From positions 248,001 to 312,000 of the forward strand of contig OZ374557.1 in assembly GCA_977862235.1 (NCBI GenBank): 64,000 bases of DNA. Direction: 5' to 3'. A model generated the notes under the pieces. It worked only from the letters and a program-made list of their open reading frames with translations, was not told the origin of the DNA and ran no database searches. The first letter of the stretch is position 1; each line of letters starts with the position of its first letter. Positions 24,632-37,332 of this stretch are shown piece after piece. The stretch is from Dudresnaya verticillata. Taxonomy: Eukaryota. The position numbers and the translations under genes are program-made.

Positions 24632-26757
24632 TCATACCATCTCTGTAAACCTGCATTCCGGTGTATCATTTTTTATCATGGCCCCATCCCATAGCAGGCA
24701 AGTGGAACCAACTGCGTCGGTCAATTTTGTCGGGACACTACCGCCTGGAAAATGGGACAAGAGAGGCGCCTTGGCTCTTTGGCTATCGTACCATTCAGAG
24801 TAAGGATAAAGAGTGTCTCCATGCACATTGTTATTCAATTGCAGTCCGCATATAACAACAGCTCTTGAAAGTTCTACTCCCATCTTGAAGTGCCGCCTTC
24901 TTTTTCGGGTTCTTAGTGACGTAGTGCAGGTCCCTGCAGCATCCCACGGTTTGTCTTCGACAATGATGCAAGTACCAACCGGGTGGTTATACATGCCCAT
25001 TGCAATAACTCTCTTCACACCATTCCACTTCCACAAAACTGGCCGCGACATAGCCTTCGATTTCATATCTGCATCTATGCTCTCCGAGTTAAAGATGGGA
25101 TTAAAGCGCGCCATGACCTAGTCCGTAGGGATCATCCCCCATCCATAAACGTCACCAATGGGTATATCATACCAACACCAACCTCAACAATTTCGTTATC
25201 AGAGCCCCGGGATATTAGGGTACAGACAGCCCGTGGTTTCATAACGCATGCTTCCGGTCCGCCGCATACAGTCGTGCCGATATTTCTCGAGAGATTTCCA
25301 TGCTGGGTTGTGGTATGATCACCAGCTTCCTGAAGATACTTGTTACCACTGCCGGAAGATTGCACTGCACTGACATTACCCTTCTTGGATTTGGCGGAAT
25401 TAGACTTCGCTGCTGCAAGATGTAGTGCACAACTTGTAACGTTAGTTCTCCCTTTAAAAGCCAACTTCTTCAAGGCCATTAAAGCACTGCTATCCTCGCC
25501 CCGAACAAAAACATCAACGCATAACATGGCGAAATTTTTGTCCTTGCTGTTCCGATCTGGTTTCGAAACCTGCAGATTCAAAATCTTCCTAGTTCTTACG
25601 TTGAAAGCAGAGACAACGGTTCGTTTTAGTTCCTTAGAGTATTTCGAAGCACGCCGCAAAGACACAAAAGGGACGGAAATACTGTTTCCGAAGAGCTGTT
25701 CCGGGACCAAGCTCTTGTACATGAGGTCATTGATATCCTTCTTCTTTTCCTGGGCACCCTCTGAAACCTCCGCCATGCGGCGGCTATACTCAACCTCATG
25801 AAATGCGGCAATAGCTTGTTGAATCTCAAGATACTGTATGGTTTCATACTTATATCCTGACTCGTCGAGGTTTCCTGTGTGATTAGCGTGTCCAAAAGCG
25901 TCGAGAAGATAGGAAGTGACCATGCAGGATACCTCATCGGGGATTTTGAACACGTCCTTTGAATTCAATTCAGTCAACCTATTCTCTTCGGCCACTCCTC
26001 GTACCAGCTCTGCTCCTCCTCCCAATGACGGAGGCGGCCCTATTCCCGGGCCAGGAGCTTCGCCTCTTGAGCGTTCCCCTTGCGAACCTCTCTCCAACTG
26101 GTCTGTATTTAGACGCGGTGTGCTACTACGAGCGGGGGTACATGGATCCGGAGCCCGTATGCCTGATGACTTAGCATTTGGGTCAATTGTCAATTCAGTT
26201 GGGCTTCTGGACAATATCTCAGAAGGATCAAGAGGAATCGCTGTATTGCTTATATCATTGCGCGTAACCTCTCCTGCAATGAGGACTGAGCTCAGGTTTG
26301 GATCTTCATCCTCTTCCCTTGGCGTTTTGTAACTTTCCGTTTCCTCCACAGCATCAGAGAACTCTGTCAGACCCCAGAGATAAACTTTCTTCCGCGAAAT
26401 TGCAGGGCTGGCCCTGCTGCTGTTCCTAGAGCCGGTAGGGGATTGCAACAGTTTTTCTGCTCTCGCGAACAGCAGAAGCGAAACAGAACCGCTTCCTTGA
26501 TTGCGGCTCGTATTCATCGCGTCTTCCACAAACATGCAAGCAGAAATCGCCGTCGTCAACGCTGATGCGACTGCAGCAACGTCACGCGGCATGCTCTCTT
26601 CTTCCCATGAGTTTCCGTAAACCCAACTGAGACAGTTGAGGGCCTGGGTGGCAATGGCCTCAGTCTGGCGAATAGTCATCGTAGGTGTGCAGATATCTGT
26701 GCAGTGCAGAAACGGGTACCTACTCAAGTCAAGGCTGACCGTACGCAGTGCATGCAC
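24632..26757 (-). pseudogene. Large unknown ORF(s), probably the frameshifted N-terminal part of the PIF1 gene
   Basis: 541-aa ORF (25132-26757) and 160-aa ORF (24632-25114) abut each other and the helicase on the same strand with no intergenic-looking gap; the shared motif lies directly upstream (26776-26785). Confidence 0.6.
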
Positions 26758-26763
26758 TGTGCA

Positions 26764-26785
26764 CTGATAGAAAGTAATAAGCCGC
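26764..26785 (-). promoter_or_regulatory. Shared gene-upstream motif (PIF1-linked gene)
   Basis: Minus strand reads GCGGCTTATT-ACTTTCTATC-AG. Confidence 0.6.
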
Positions 26786-27387
26786 TCGCAAGAAATAGAA
26801 GAGAGGAGTTAGCATGCAGCGCTATGCACAGATCGAAGAAGGTAGATGACGAGAGCAGATCCGTGCTCAAACCACAATCTTCTTCAGAAGATAGTGCTTT
26901 GGCGCAAGAGAGAGAAGCAGTTGTTTCATACGTCGCCTGAGTGATGCTGAACGGCTCTATTACGGTATGGAGGAGAAATTCGAGATTCCAAAGAGCGCAA
27001 CCTCCCTCCTCCGAAAAATCAAACATATTTCAAAAGGCACATGCCAGGTGTGTTGCCTCAGTACATTCTCGGCCCCAGTTGCATGCGTCCACCCGTCCAG
27101 CCCCTATGCGTTTACCAATACACTCAAATTAGTATTTGTGTGTTATGTAGGTAGGAAATTGAAGATGTGGATGTTGGAAGATGTAGTGAAATAGAATATT
27201 CGGACATCACATTTTTGTGGGGGGTTTGTGGGACCAGCCCAATATTAACTTGCCCAATATCGTCACAGATATTCTATGTGAGGCCAAGTCAAGACTGTCC
27301 GCGAAAATACCCATTTGTCCCGCGAACGGGACTACCTGTACGCATACTTGAAAGCCGCTATAGCATATATCTGGGTGCTTTACTCCT

Positions 27388-27483
27388 TCTATCTCCTCTC
27401 CCTTCACCGCCGCACTCCGGCTCACGCTCACGCTCGAGCGTGAGTGAGAGCGGGAGTCCGGCGGTGAAGGGAGAGGAGCTAGA
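27388..27483. repeat. ~96-bp long imperfect palindrome (hairpin)
   Basis: CTCCTCTCCCTTCACCGCCG / CGGCGGTGAAGGGAGAGGAG outer arms and CTCACGC-TCGA-GCGTGAG core. Confidence 0.9.
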
Positions 27484-27541
27484 TCTAGAGCGTATACGCT
27501 ACGACTATAGTCAGACGTCATATGACGTCTGAGTAGCAGTT

Positions 27542-27563
27542 TCATAGAATAGGAATAAGCCGT
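27542..27563 (-). promoter_or_regulatory. Degenerate copy of the shared motif
   Basis: ACGGCTTATTCCTATTCTATG; lacks the AG at +12. Confidence 0.4.
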
Positions 27564-27803
27564 TAATTACCAAGGTTCACCGAGAGGGTGGATTGTGAGT
27601 GAGATGTGTGAAACGGATTGGCGCTGAGGCGGTGTAGCAGTTCAGCAAGGTCGTAGTGCTCCTTTCAAATCCATTCGTGGGATAATATTCCATTTGCCTC
27701 GACAGCATTAAAGAAACAATTACAGGCATAAAAAATTATAAAAAAGTTGCTTCAACATCCAAGAACATTGTCATGCCGTGCTAAGAACTGCAGCACAAAC
27801 ACT

Positions 27804-30800
27804 TCATTTTAAGGCAATGGAAATAAGCCCATTCAAGATCCTTCTCGGAAATGTCGACCTCTCTGTTGCCGAATGCAGGAGAAGCCTTAGCCTTCGCTCA
27901 CAGGTTAAGGATAGATGTATGGTAAGCCAGTAGCGCGATGTAAAGTTCTTGCCCGCAGTAACGAAGACTTGACTCGATGGATGAGATTCCGCGATTTCTC
28001 TGTTCGTGAGCCACCGAGTTAACCATGTTCCTGTCTGTTCCAACTCGTTGTGAGCTACTGGTGTGAAAGTTGGGGAACAATTGTGGTTTAAGCAGTGCAA
28101 GGCGTCAGAGGATATTTGCTGTGTCGTCAATCGCCCACCATAGTGTGTGCGCAGCACTACCATAAACTCCGCATGCAAAATCATACAGAATATTTCGTGG
28201 TGGGTCAGCAAAGCGAGACTGAATGACGTCAAGGACGGCGCGCGGGCCCTCGTTCCTATCGAGCACACGAAATCCCATTACAACGGGGTGGGCACAAGAG
28301 CAGCAGAACGTCAATGCACCCGACGTGAACGCATTTTTCTTCTGAAGATATCCTTTAGAGCAAACACCAAAAACATCCACATTGGAATGCTTCGTTAACT
28401 GATCCGAAAATGCCAAAGGCCGCACTTGAGGATGAGTAGGGAAAAACACCCCTGTTCTGCATGCCGTAACATAGCCATTTGGAACCGGCCCTTCCAGATC
28501 ACTCGCTCCCGGCAAGGCACGGTACTTGATACGAAGGTCCTCTTGTCGCTTACTCTTCCACTCGACAGCAAACTCTGCTGCTGAGCAAGATGTCCGTGGC
28601 AAGTTGTCATAAACCGCATACCATTCCGATATGCGACGACACATGTCCTCAAGCGTCCTACCAATTGCCTGTGTTAGCCCAGGCAAATACGATTCACACT
28701 CGATTACACTCAACAATCCGGCTGTCAACAAGCGTAAGTGCAGAAGGACATTGTTTTCACCAAAGCAAGCTAGCGGACCTTCTGCAGAAAAGATGTTCTG
28801 TATGCCATGGAATGCCTCGTTACCGTCAGAAACTTCGGCACAACACTTAGCTACCTCTCGTAAACTAGGGAGATATGCACGGGTGATCATCTGCGGACCA
28901 GGAGAAAGAATAAGCACTCGGAACATAGACAGCAAATCCTTCAGTAATGCTTGCGTTTCGGAGCTGTCAACGGCATCAAGCCTTGTATGCCAACAAACCT
29001 GCTGCCTTCCCGCCGTTGCAAGCTTCTCTGGACTGCATGATGTGATGAAGCGAACAATAGCGTCTTTCACCCTCTTCTGCAACGGCACTTCTGTAGAGGC
29101 TCGACTGCCGGTGTCGCTACTCTTTCGCTTCCGCCGCTGTGACTCTGAATTGCAAGACCGCAAATATTTCAGCAACGCACTGCACAAACGAACACATATC
29201 ACACTGGCGTCAAACACCGTTCGCGTCAACGTACGCAGATGATAAAGCACACTTTGTTCTCCAATGTCGTCCAAGTGATCATGGGCATTCTTCCCACATA
29301 TTGACTCGAAGCAATACTGGTGAGGAATAATATCTGGGTCTGCTAAGCGAATTGCCGATACTGCTGACGAAACACTTGATTTCGAGACATCAATGCAAGG
29401 AGAACCCTTCAATGCAAGCTCTAGAAACACAGCAGTTCGTTCACGGCGCAGCAATCCGGCGATGGGGCGCTTCGGTGTTCTGCCCATATTACCAGAATTA
29501 CCCGAAGGGTTCAAAGGCTTACAGGACTGTGAGATGTTGTAGAACGGACGTGCCAACTTTTTCTGATACCCACTCCAGATTCCGTCGGTGCAGACAGCAT
29601 GAAGTCTCCCATTCTCGCCGACGCATGTATTACAGGTAAAAAGACTTGGCTCTGGCGTCATTGTCATTAGCTGGAAAATCGCCTTGCACATCTTGTGTAG
29701 AAGCCGTGTCGTTCTCCACTTCCGGTGATGCCCGAGGATATTGGTGTCGCCATCTGGAACGTGTGTAAGCTTTGCTTCTCGGGTTGGACATTCATCCCTT
29801 CTCGCCACACATTGCGCATGCCATGCAACAATGCTTCTGACCCTCCGTTAGATTCTACGAACTGAGAGAATACCTGTCTCAAGGAAGGGGACAGCTGCGG
29901 CATAAAATATTCATAGTTTGATACCAGTTGTGCCTTCCACCTATCATGAACTCCAGATGTGGTTTCATTCCCTAGTTGTATACCAGGGACAAGTCCAGCG
30001 TCCACATTTGCTACGACCTCGGAGTGGTATTGACTCAGTCGACTGTTAAGCCTCCCATTGTTTAGAACTACGCCAATCAGCTCTCTTCGTAGGAGTACGT
30101 GTGTCGCCGCAGACGAGAGTCAAAGCAAGAGGATCCAGTGATCTCGGCCCTCGGAATGAACAGTCGCTGAGCAGTCCTGCTTGCTACAGTCATAATCTTC
30201 AACATACATTCGACAGCTTCCGCCTGTGGACAGCACGATGCCTTCTCGAAAGCGTCGAGTAGATTCCACTCGAACCGAACCGCAAATGAAGCAAATGCTT
30301 GGGGCTGAGACTACGTATGGCAGCCCCATCTGAGACAGCTGAGCAACGAGACGATCAATACGAACACTTGCAGAACAGTTGACGATGGACAAGGGGTAGA
30401 CTCAGACTCCACATCATCCATGGGGTCCCAATTTAAACCGCCTGGTAGAGGACCAGATCGCAGTGGCGAAGCACTGCCTGCGGATAAGAACTCCATTGCG
30501 GGTGGCTCACCCGCGGAGAGCGCTCTCAGTTCTGTTACATGCTGGCAATGGCGACTAGCAATCTCAGTGTCACAAAACGCGCAAAGAAAGTGGCTTCCAT
30601 CTGGCGAGACACATCGCAATGGTACGAAGCACGGCTCTGAATTGTTGCCTCTCTCTTTCCTTGCTACAACAGATACCTTTGACTTATGGCGTAGCGAAAT
30701 CATAGGAAGGCTCTGTACAAATCCTTCATATAACCCGTCTTCGTAAGCACCACGGGCAAGTCTCGTCAATATTTTCCCACAAGCGCTTCTTGATAACGTT

Positions 30801-31753
30801 GTTGCATTACTAGAAACAGATGCGAGATTGTCTAACAAAGTGTAGATTGCGGTTACATGATCACAGCAGCTCTTCTCAAAACCGTCGGAAACGAGTAGCA
30901 TTCTGTACTCTGTCTGTCCGATACAAGAACACCGACCGAACCCAGCATTATCAATCCAAGTGCAGCAACTGTAGCGTTCCTTTGACTTTGAACCCCTCCC
31001 CTGTCCTCCGGATGGTCTTGTAGATGCCGATGTAGAGAAGCGACCACAAAGTGCGATATGCGGTCCCGGTATCACCTCCAAACCTCTACATGATACTTTT
31101 GAACAGCCGTGAAAGAGTTGTTGTAAGTCCTGTTTCATCTGTGACAACACCGCTAGGTTCACCGTGGGGCATTCCTCCGTGAGAATGGAAAGGAGCATGG
31201 TGACTAACCCTTCTTCACTGCCATACATTCCGAGAAGGTGTCTAAATAAAACAGACCTACTCCTTGACGGGTATTGAGACCTTATCGCATCTGTTGCCTC
31301 CCTTCTGCGCCCTCCTGAATTGAAACTTCCGCCCCTTCGCAGCCTCGTGCCATCTGAGAAGGAAACTCTTCCCGCAGGGGTACTCCAAGACGCATAGGAA
31401 GGGTCTGCCATAACCTCGCTTAGAGCGGGGACAGAATGAAAACGAGGTCGGATTACACCTCGCAAATTTCGTGACCTTCTACTCAACACTTGTGCCAGTC
31501 GTTGCATATCAGCTCTTTCAAAGAGGCTATCCCTGCTTCGTAAAGGAACAGCGGAGTTCAGAGTTGTGGTGAGGCTCCGAAGCATTCCACGCGATAACGA
31601 CGCATTACTTTCCAACAATAGCTGCCCGGGGAAATGTTCTGGACCGCGGCCAGAGCCGTTTGCAGTATTCTGCAGCCAGGACCCAACTCGAGCTGAAACT
31701 TCATCATCATCAAGGAATCGCGCAACTCCCTCTGGTGCGGAATTCATCGTCAA
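27804..31753 (-). pseudogene. KDZ (Zisupton/HMGXB3-like) transposase with SWIM and CxC zinc domains, frameshifted
   Basis: SWIM-like CSC..SCCDHV and CAFC..HCQHV; CFICGS..YDCSKQDC; FTCNTC..VCTDG; CSK..TSGALTFCCSCAHPVVMGF..EGPRAVLDVIQSRF..P..ILYDFACG; DALHCLNHNCS; VNSVAHEQRN. Spread over ORFs 30311-31753, 30120-30392, 29667-30005, 28105-29808, 27804-28268 and 27898-28080. Confidence 0.85.
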
Positions 31754-31796
31754 ATATGTCGTTAGAGAAAAGTAGGTTGAGAAAGGAATGCACCGG

Positions 31797-31909
31797 TAGG
31801 AGAAAGCAGTACCGAAGCTTGAACGTAGCTAGGAAATAGGAATAAGCCGCACAGTCGATAACGCAAGCATTCATAAACGATAGGAGAAAGCAGTACCCGA
31901 GCTTTGCAC
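31797..31909 (-). repeat. ~84-bp tandem duplication upstream of the KDZ gene; second unit split by the Copia and continuing at 37005-37061
   Basis: Unit 31797-31880; second unit 31881-31909 plus 37005-37061; both units contain the shared motif. Confidence 0.85.
31829..31850 (-). promoter_or_regulatory. Shared gene-upstream motif (KDZ transposase gene)
   Basis: GCGGCTTATT-CCTATTTCCT-AG, about 80 nt before the first ATG. Confidence 0.65.
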
Positions 31910-32242
31910 TTAATAATGAGGAGGGAAACACGTTGTGAAGAAGGAAGATAAGACAAGATAAATGGATAGATCAAATAAGAAAGTGTATTTGAATGTGTTA
32001 TAATAGTTCTTCTCGTTCTGATGCCTTGGATCAAGAATGAACAAACTATTGAGGGTTCTTATAGACTTTCTACTTCTCAGCTTGAGAGAGTATTCTAGTA
32101 GTTCAGAAAGTCAACAATAATATAGACGTTACTACTGTATAAGTGGAAGTATTGTATCTTAGCAATATTGTATTGATCTGATATTGCATGCATGTAATGC
32201 AATATCTCTAAGCAAATATCCATCAAGGACACAAGTTAGATA
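31910..32242 (-). repeat. Copia 3' LTR
   Basis: Identical to 36667-36999 except one visible mismatch (GGACAC vs GGATAC). Confidence 0.95.
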
Positions 32243-32260
32243 TTACTTCCTTTCTTGAAG

Positions 32261-35200
32261 TCAACCAAGTGATTTGGAAGAGTTACTGTGTATTGCTTTT
32301 GTAAACTCACAACAAATCTTGCCGTCGAACATTAATAATTGTAGCACATCAACCATTGAACTTCCAACTTTGGTTAAGGCGTCGGCGACATTGATTGTTC
32401 CAGGAATCCAAATGAGGTTTTGCAGTGACTGAGTCTCATAATAATACCGAATAAGTTGAACATCAGCAAATATTGACTTGTCATTAGGAACATGACATGT
32501 AGATAGAGATGAAAAAAGGTCCTTGGAGTCAACCACTACAGAAAGTGCTACGGATCCACAGAGTAAAATTGAATACGTGGAACTGATAACTCGGCCATCA
32601 TCTACTGCCTCGCTAGCAGCCAGAATTTCTGCAGATGAACTAGATTTTGCTGGTCTTCTTGACAAGTGAGATTGCCAGCTTAGGACATGATATACAGACC
32701 CTTTCTGGAGATCACCGAAAAGTAAACCTGAAACATAAGCGAGTTGACCATTTTCTGAAGGACGTGCAGCGTCTGAGAATATTAAAACAGTCAAGGGAAA
32801 TTCCCCCTTAGCAGGAGTTTTGAAAGTCGTCACGGAACCGACTTTTTGAAGCTTTCGGATAAGATGGCATTGGCGTATCATATCTTGGACTGATGGCGAT
32901 GAACTGCGTTGTTGGAGATAGCTCGTGTAAAATGCAGCTAACGGACTAACATTTTGCCCTAAAAAACCAATGGAACCATTCTTAGATGAATACTGGTGCT
33001 TTTCCAGTGCATTAAGTTCTTCATGAACTTGCTTTCGACGGATACGGGTAAATTTGTAAGGAGAAATATTTTTGAGTTTGGAATCAGCAGATATAGAAAC
33101 CATGCCCTCATTATCTTGTGTAATTTCGAGGCCGAAGAAATAAAATGCCCCCGGTAGATGTACAATAGTTCCTAGGGTATAACGTTTTTCAAGTTCCTTG
33201 ATAAACCATTCTCGAACATCTAACCTTCCAGAAATTAGCAGATCATCCACCACTTTGGCAACCAGCAGAACAAGGACTTGATTCTCCATTTTGTAGAACA
33301 ACTGAGGAACATAAACAACCCTTGAAAGACCCATTTCTGTTAAAGTACCATCGGAATGATGTTGCCATTTAGCACTGGCGTTCACTAACCCGTAACTAGC
33401 CGTTAACAAAAGCCAGTAGAAAGATCGGTTCGGACACTCACGCGGTGGTATGACATATACATCTCGAGTTGCCGGTCCCGACTGTAAAAAGGCACTCTTG
33501 ACATCAATTTTGCTAAAGAACCATCCGAAAATTGTTGTGATAGAAAGTAATATTCTAAATCCCAGAGGAGAGCAAGACGATGAATCAGTCTTCAAATTGG
33601 TCTTCTCCTTGTCTTTGTTGCCATGTGGAGCAATGCGAGCTTTGCAAATCTTAGAACCATCATCTAAAACCTTGATTTTGTACAGTACATGGCTGGAAAT
33701 AATATTTCCATTACTAGGTACCTTTGATATGTGAACTTCTTCACATGTTCGAATAAAATTGTCTTGTTCAACAGAGTAAGAATTCTCTAGTACAGACTGA
33801 GGTAAACCTTGGGCAGCAGATAATATAAATTCCTTAGAGCCAAAGCGATCAAAGTATCTATTTAAAAATTCGTTCTCGGCGGAGCTCAAAGTGTGACCAG
33901 GACGCAGAATAATTTCTGCAGTGTTAGCCTGGCGTGCCATAGATCGAGTCACCATTTGCCGCTCATCACTTAAAACATCAGGGGTAGCAGTGTTCGGAAC
34001 ATGTGTAAGCATGTCAAGGTCAATTTCTTCCTCAGGGTTATTACCATCTGCATCTTGTATAGCAATCTCTTCACCATTAGTTTCAGATTTAAAGTAATCC
34101 AGATCATCCACATCATCACACACATTGTGTACTGGAAAATTTTGCATACGTTCCCTATGTACCGATTCGTCTTCCAACATTATGTTACATTCATCAGAAC
34201 CAATGTCAATTGCCTCATTGGACAAGATGGAAAAGTCGGCATCACTGGGCAGTGCAGGTCGCACATCTTCGATAGCTGCACAAATGGGCTTACCAGAAGA
34301 ACCAGGTACGGTTATTGACCGAGACTTCTGATCATACGTCAGAACGGGGCGAGGGGCACTCCATTTGCCACGTTTCTCTGTAGGGTGCTTAATAAAAATT
34401 TCCACAAGGTCACCAGACTTGATGTTATTATCTAAAGTGGCTTTTGAACGCATTATTGCAGTCAACTTTCGGCGTGCCGACAAATCTTCGTGTGCACGAA
34501 TAATGTCAGGTGGCACAACAATTGGTGAATTATTTGGAAACACAGGTCGAGTATATCCTTTGGCTAGCTCGTGTGCAGATGCAATGTCATTTCCATAAAG
34601 ATCATTTGAAATGCGAATGGCTTGAATTATAAGAAGCCTTGCATTAGTGCTATGATTGGCATGTCTAAGTCGATTAAATATAGACTTAATAACCCGGTGC
34701 TTTGACTCTATAGCATTTTTGCTTGGACGGCGAGGTGGAGCAGGACGAAAGCTGATACCAAGTTGTTTGAGATAAGATTTAAAATCCGAATTGTTAAAGG
34801 CAGGATCACCTTGAACTGCAATTGGAGGCCAAAAGGTAGATATCCAACATGCTTCAAGAGAATATATTGCATCTTCCATATTTTTGGTCGTAACGCAGTG
34901 CCCTGAGGAATACCTGGACATCGAGTCCATTACATGGAATACATTTAAATCCTCGGGGAAAAATGATCAATGAAGACAAGATCATTAAAACCACGCGATA
35001 AATTATTTAGAGATACAGTACGAGCCTTTTTGGGCAGGTCTGTAGAGTGACAGTCTCGACACGACTCTAGAAGCTTCGACAAGTACGATGCACATTCATC
35101 ATTCCATAGATTATTTCGTTCAAGTAAAGTCTTGATGTCATAGTAGTTGGAATGACCACAGACGTGTGCATGAACCTTGTCTATAATATGCTTCAAATTG

Positions 35201-36663
35201 TTCCATTCAATAGAGCTAGAACTACTGATAAGGTTTTGAATAAACTCATTATCAATAGAAAGATTTTGGGTACAAGTATTATCATATGGTGCAGTTTGTA
35301 CAAAACGGTCAGCAGGTAGATAGTCGAGTAAATCTTCTTTCACGATACGAATAGAATCCTGTATTCCGGCATCATTCTGAAATGGGAGTTGTAAAACGTT
35401 GCCATTCATATGCATAATGTTGCAGTGCTTCGTGATATTTTTGCCAATGACCCATTGAGACGACCCCGAAATAACAAGGTGCCTGATACGAATAGTAATT
35501 CCGCAGTCACTTATTGCATTTAAATCCACGGAGCCCAATATACATCTTACTGAACTTGAATGGGCGCCCTTTCCATACTGCCAGAATGGGCGGTCAGATA
35601 CAGAGTCAGGAAGTGGTCCTAATTTACCGGACCAATGCGGTAAAATTAAAGGTGAGAGCTCACGAAGCTCAACTATTCCCATGCCAGAATATGGAGCTCC
35701 ATCACCAAGTAGTGGATTAGGAAGACGGGAAAGAGTTTCAGAAACAGAGCCATTATTCAGAGTTACCATGCTGAAATGTACTGTCTTAGTCTTAGCAGGG
35801 ATATTGCCAGTTTCAACTTGAGCTTGTTTTACATCTGTGGATTTGTTGAGTGGACATTCCGGATCGATTGACCAGTGTCCTTTTTTCTTACATGCACGCA
35901 ACTTCTTCTTGACTTCAGTAATTTCTGATGGAGTCATGTCAGAAATCTTTTTTCTGCGAGGCGACTTCGTAGATTGTGGAGTAAAACCACTACTGGAATT
36001 TAAAGTAGAGTTGGAGGTTCCTATGATATCCTTAGGACGGTCACATGTGCGAAGAATAGTGGCTAAATCTTCGTATTTGAATTTCCGTAGCATTTCAGCC
36101 GAAGTTGCAACAGCTTCTCCTTCGGCCTGACGGGGTGCAGCTGCGGAAAGGATAGATACACGTTGATTGGAATCTACCTTAGAATTAGCCAGCAGTAGAA
36201 ACGAACATAACGACTCCGGTAATGCTGACTCCGTGGCTGTAGCATTAAAGCGGCTTAAAACAGCATCAAAGCGCATTTCAAAGGTTTTAAAACCTTCTTG
36301 ATCACCAAGTGTTGTACTTAGTAAAGATAAAAATTTCTGGAAGACATCATTCACAACCGCCAGAGGATCGGCTTTGTGAAGAGATTTTGCTATTTCAATT
36401 GCACCATTCACGCCATGAATAGTTTCAGTATCCAGTTTCATAACAATGTCTTGAGCACGACCATATAGCTGTGACTGCATCATCATTCCTTGAAGCTCAG
36501 AAGGAATCTTATTAGGATTGCTGTCAGGCAATTTATCATGAAAGGTTGACCACAACTTGACAGCATTTAGATAACGTTCTTGGTTTCCACGTCCATCGGT
36601 CCAGGGAGCATCCTTGATTGTCCACGAAAATTTGGGACGAGAGGGCAAATCAGCTGGGCCCAT
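32261..36663 (-). CDS. gag-pol: Copia gag-pol polyprotein with one frameshift in the integrase (about 34950)
   Basis: Damaged knuckle RACKKKGHW..EC; protease LLGDGAPYS; integrase HAHVCGH..CRDC, VFIDH/VMD, QGDPAF, AIESKH; RT KARIAPHG, IDVKSAFLQ, YGLVNA, KVVDD; RNase H FSDAA, AEILA, VDSKDL, NVADALTK. Confidence 0.93.
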
Positions 36664-36666
36664 AAC

Positions 36667-36999
36667 TTAATAATGAGGAGGGAAACACGTTGTGAAGAAG
36701 GAAGATAAGACAAGATAAATGGATAGATCAAATAAGAAAGTGTATTTGAATGTGTTATAATAGTTCTTCTCGTTCTGATGCCTTGGATCAAGAATGAACA
36801 AACTATTGAGGGTTCTTATAGACTTTCTACTTCTCAGCTTGAGAGAGTATTCTAGTAGTTCAGAAAGTCAACAATAATATAGACGTTACTACTGTATAAG
36901 TGGAAGTATTGTATCTTAGCAATATTGTATTGATCTGATATTGCATGCATGTAATGCAATATCTCTAAGCAAATATCCATCAAGGATACAAGTTAGATA
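36667..36999 (-). repeat. Copia 5' LTR
   Basis: Direct repeat of 31910-32242, followed on the minus strand by the PBS and gag. Confidence 0.95.
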
Positions 37000-37008
37000 T
37001 GCACGTGG

Positions 37009-37030
37009 CTAGGAAATAGGAATAAGCCGC
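37009..37030 (-). promoter_or_regulatory. Shared motif, duplicated copy displaced by the Copia
   Basis: GCGGCTTATT-CCTATTTCCT-AG. Confidence 0.6.
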
Positions 37031-37274
37031 ACAGTCGATAACGCAAACATTCATAAACGATTGGGGGTACGGGATTGGGGTTAGTGGGATGCGACTTCGG
37101 GTAGGGTAAGCGTAAAGGGTGCCGCGGTGTGTATGCTGCAGCTCTGCGCGCAAGGGCGTCATGTACAGGTACCTGCAGGTACCAGCTCGGCGGCTCACAA
37201 CAGTGTGATGAGTTCAGGCGGTGATTGTACTGTAGTTCCACGAACCCATGCTGCCATGCATTGCTGACGCCGAC

Positions 37275-37332
37275 AGAGCCACATGGTCACAGCGCCGTCG
37301 TCGAGAGCCACATGATCACAGCGCCGTCGTCG
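37275..37332. repeat. 29-bp tandem duplication in the divergent intergenic region
   Basis: AGAGCCACATG(G/A)TCACAGCGCCGTCGTCG x2. Confidence 0.85.

Larger units (their letters stand above)
31910..36999 (-). mobile_element. Full-length Ty1/Copia LTR retrotransposon, recent insertion
   Basis: Two 333-bp LTRs; TSD TGCAC (31905-31909, 37000-37004); PBS-like GTTATGGGCCCAG overlapping the gag ATG; PPT AAGAAAGGAAG; domain order gag-PR-IN-RT-RH. Confidence 0.97.

Noticed and set aside
27821..27832. GGGCTTATTTCC partial motif on the minus strand
   Set aside because: It lies inside the transposase C-terminal coding region, is mismatched and has no AG at +12.
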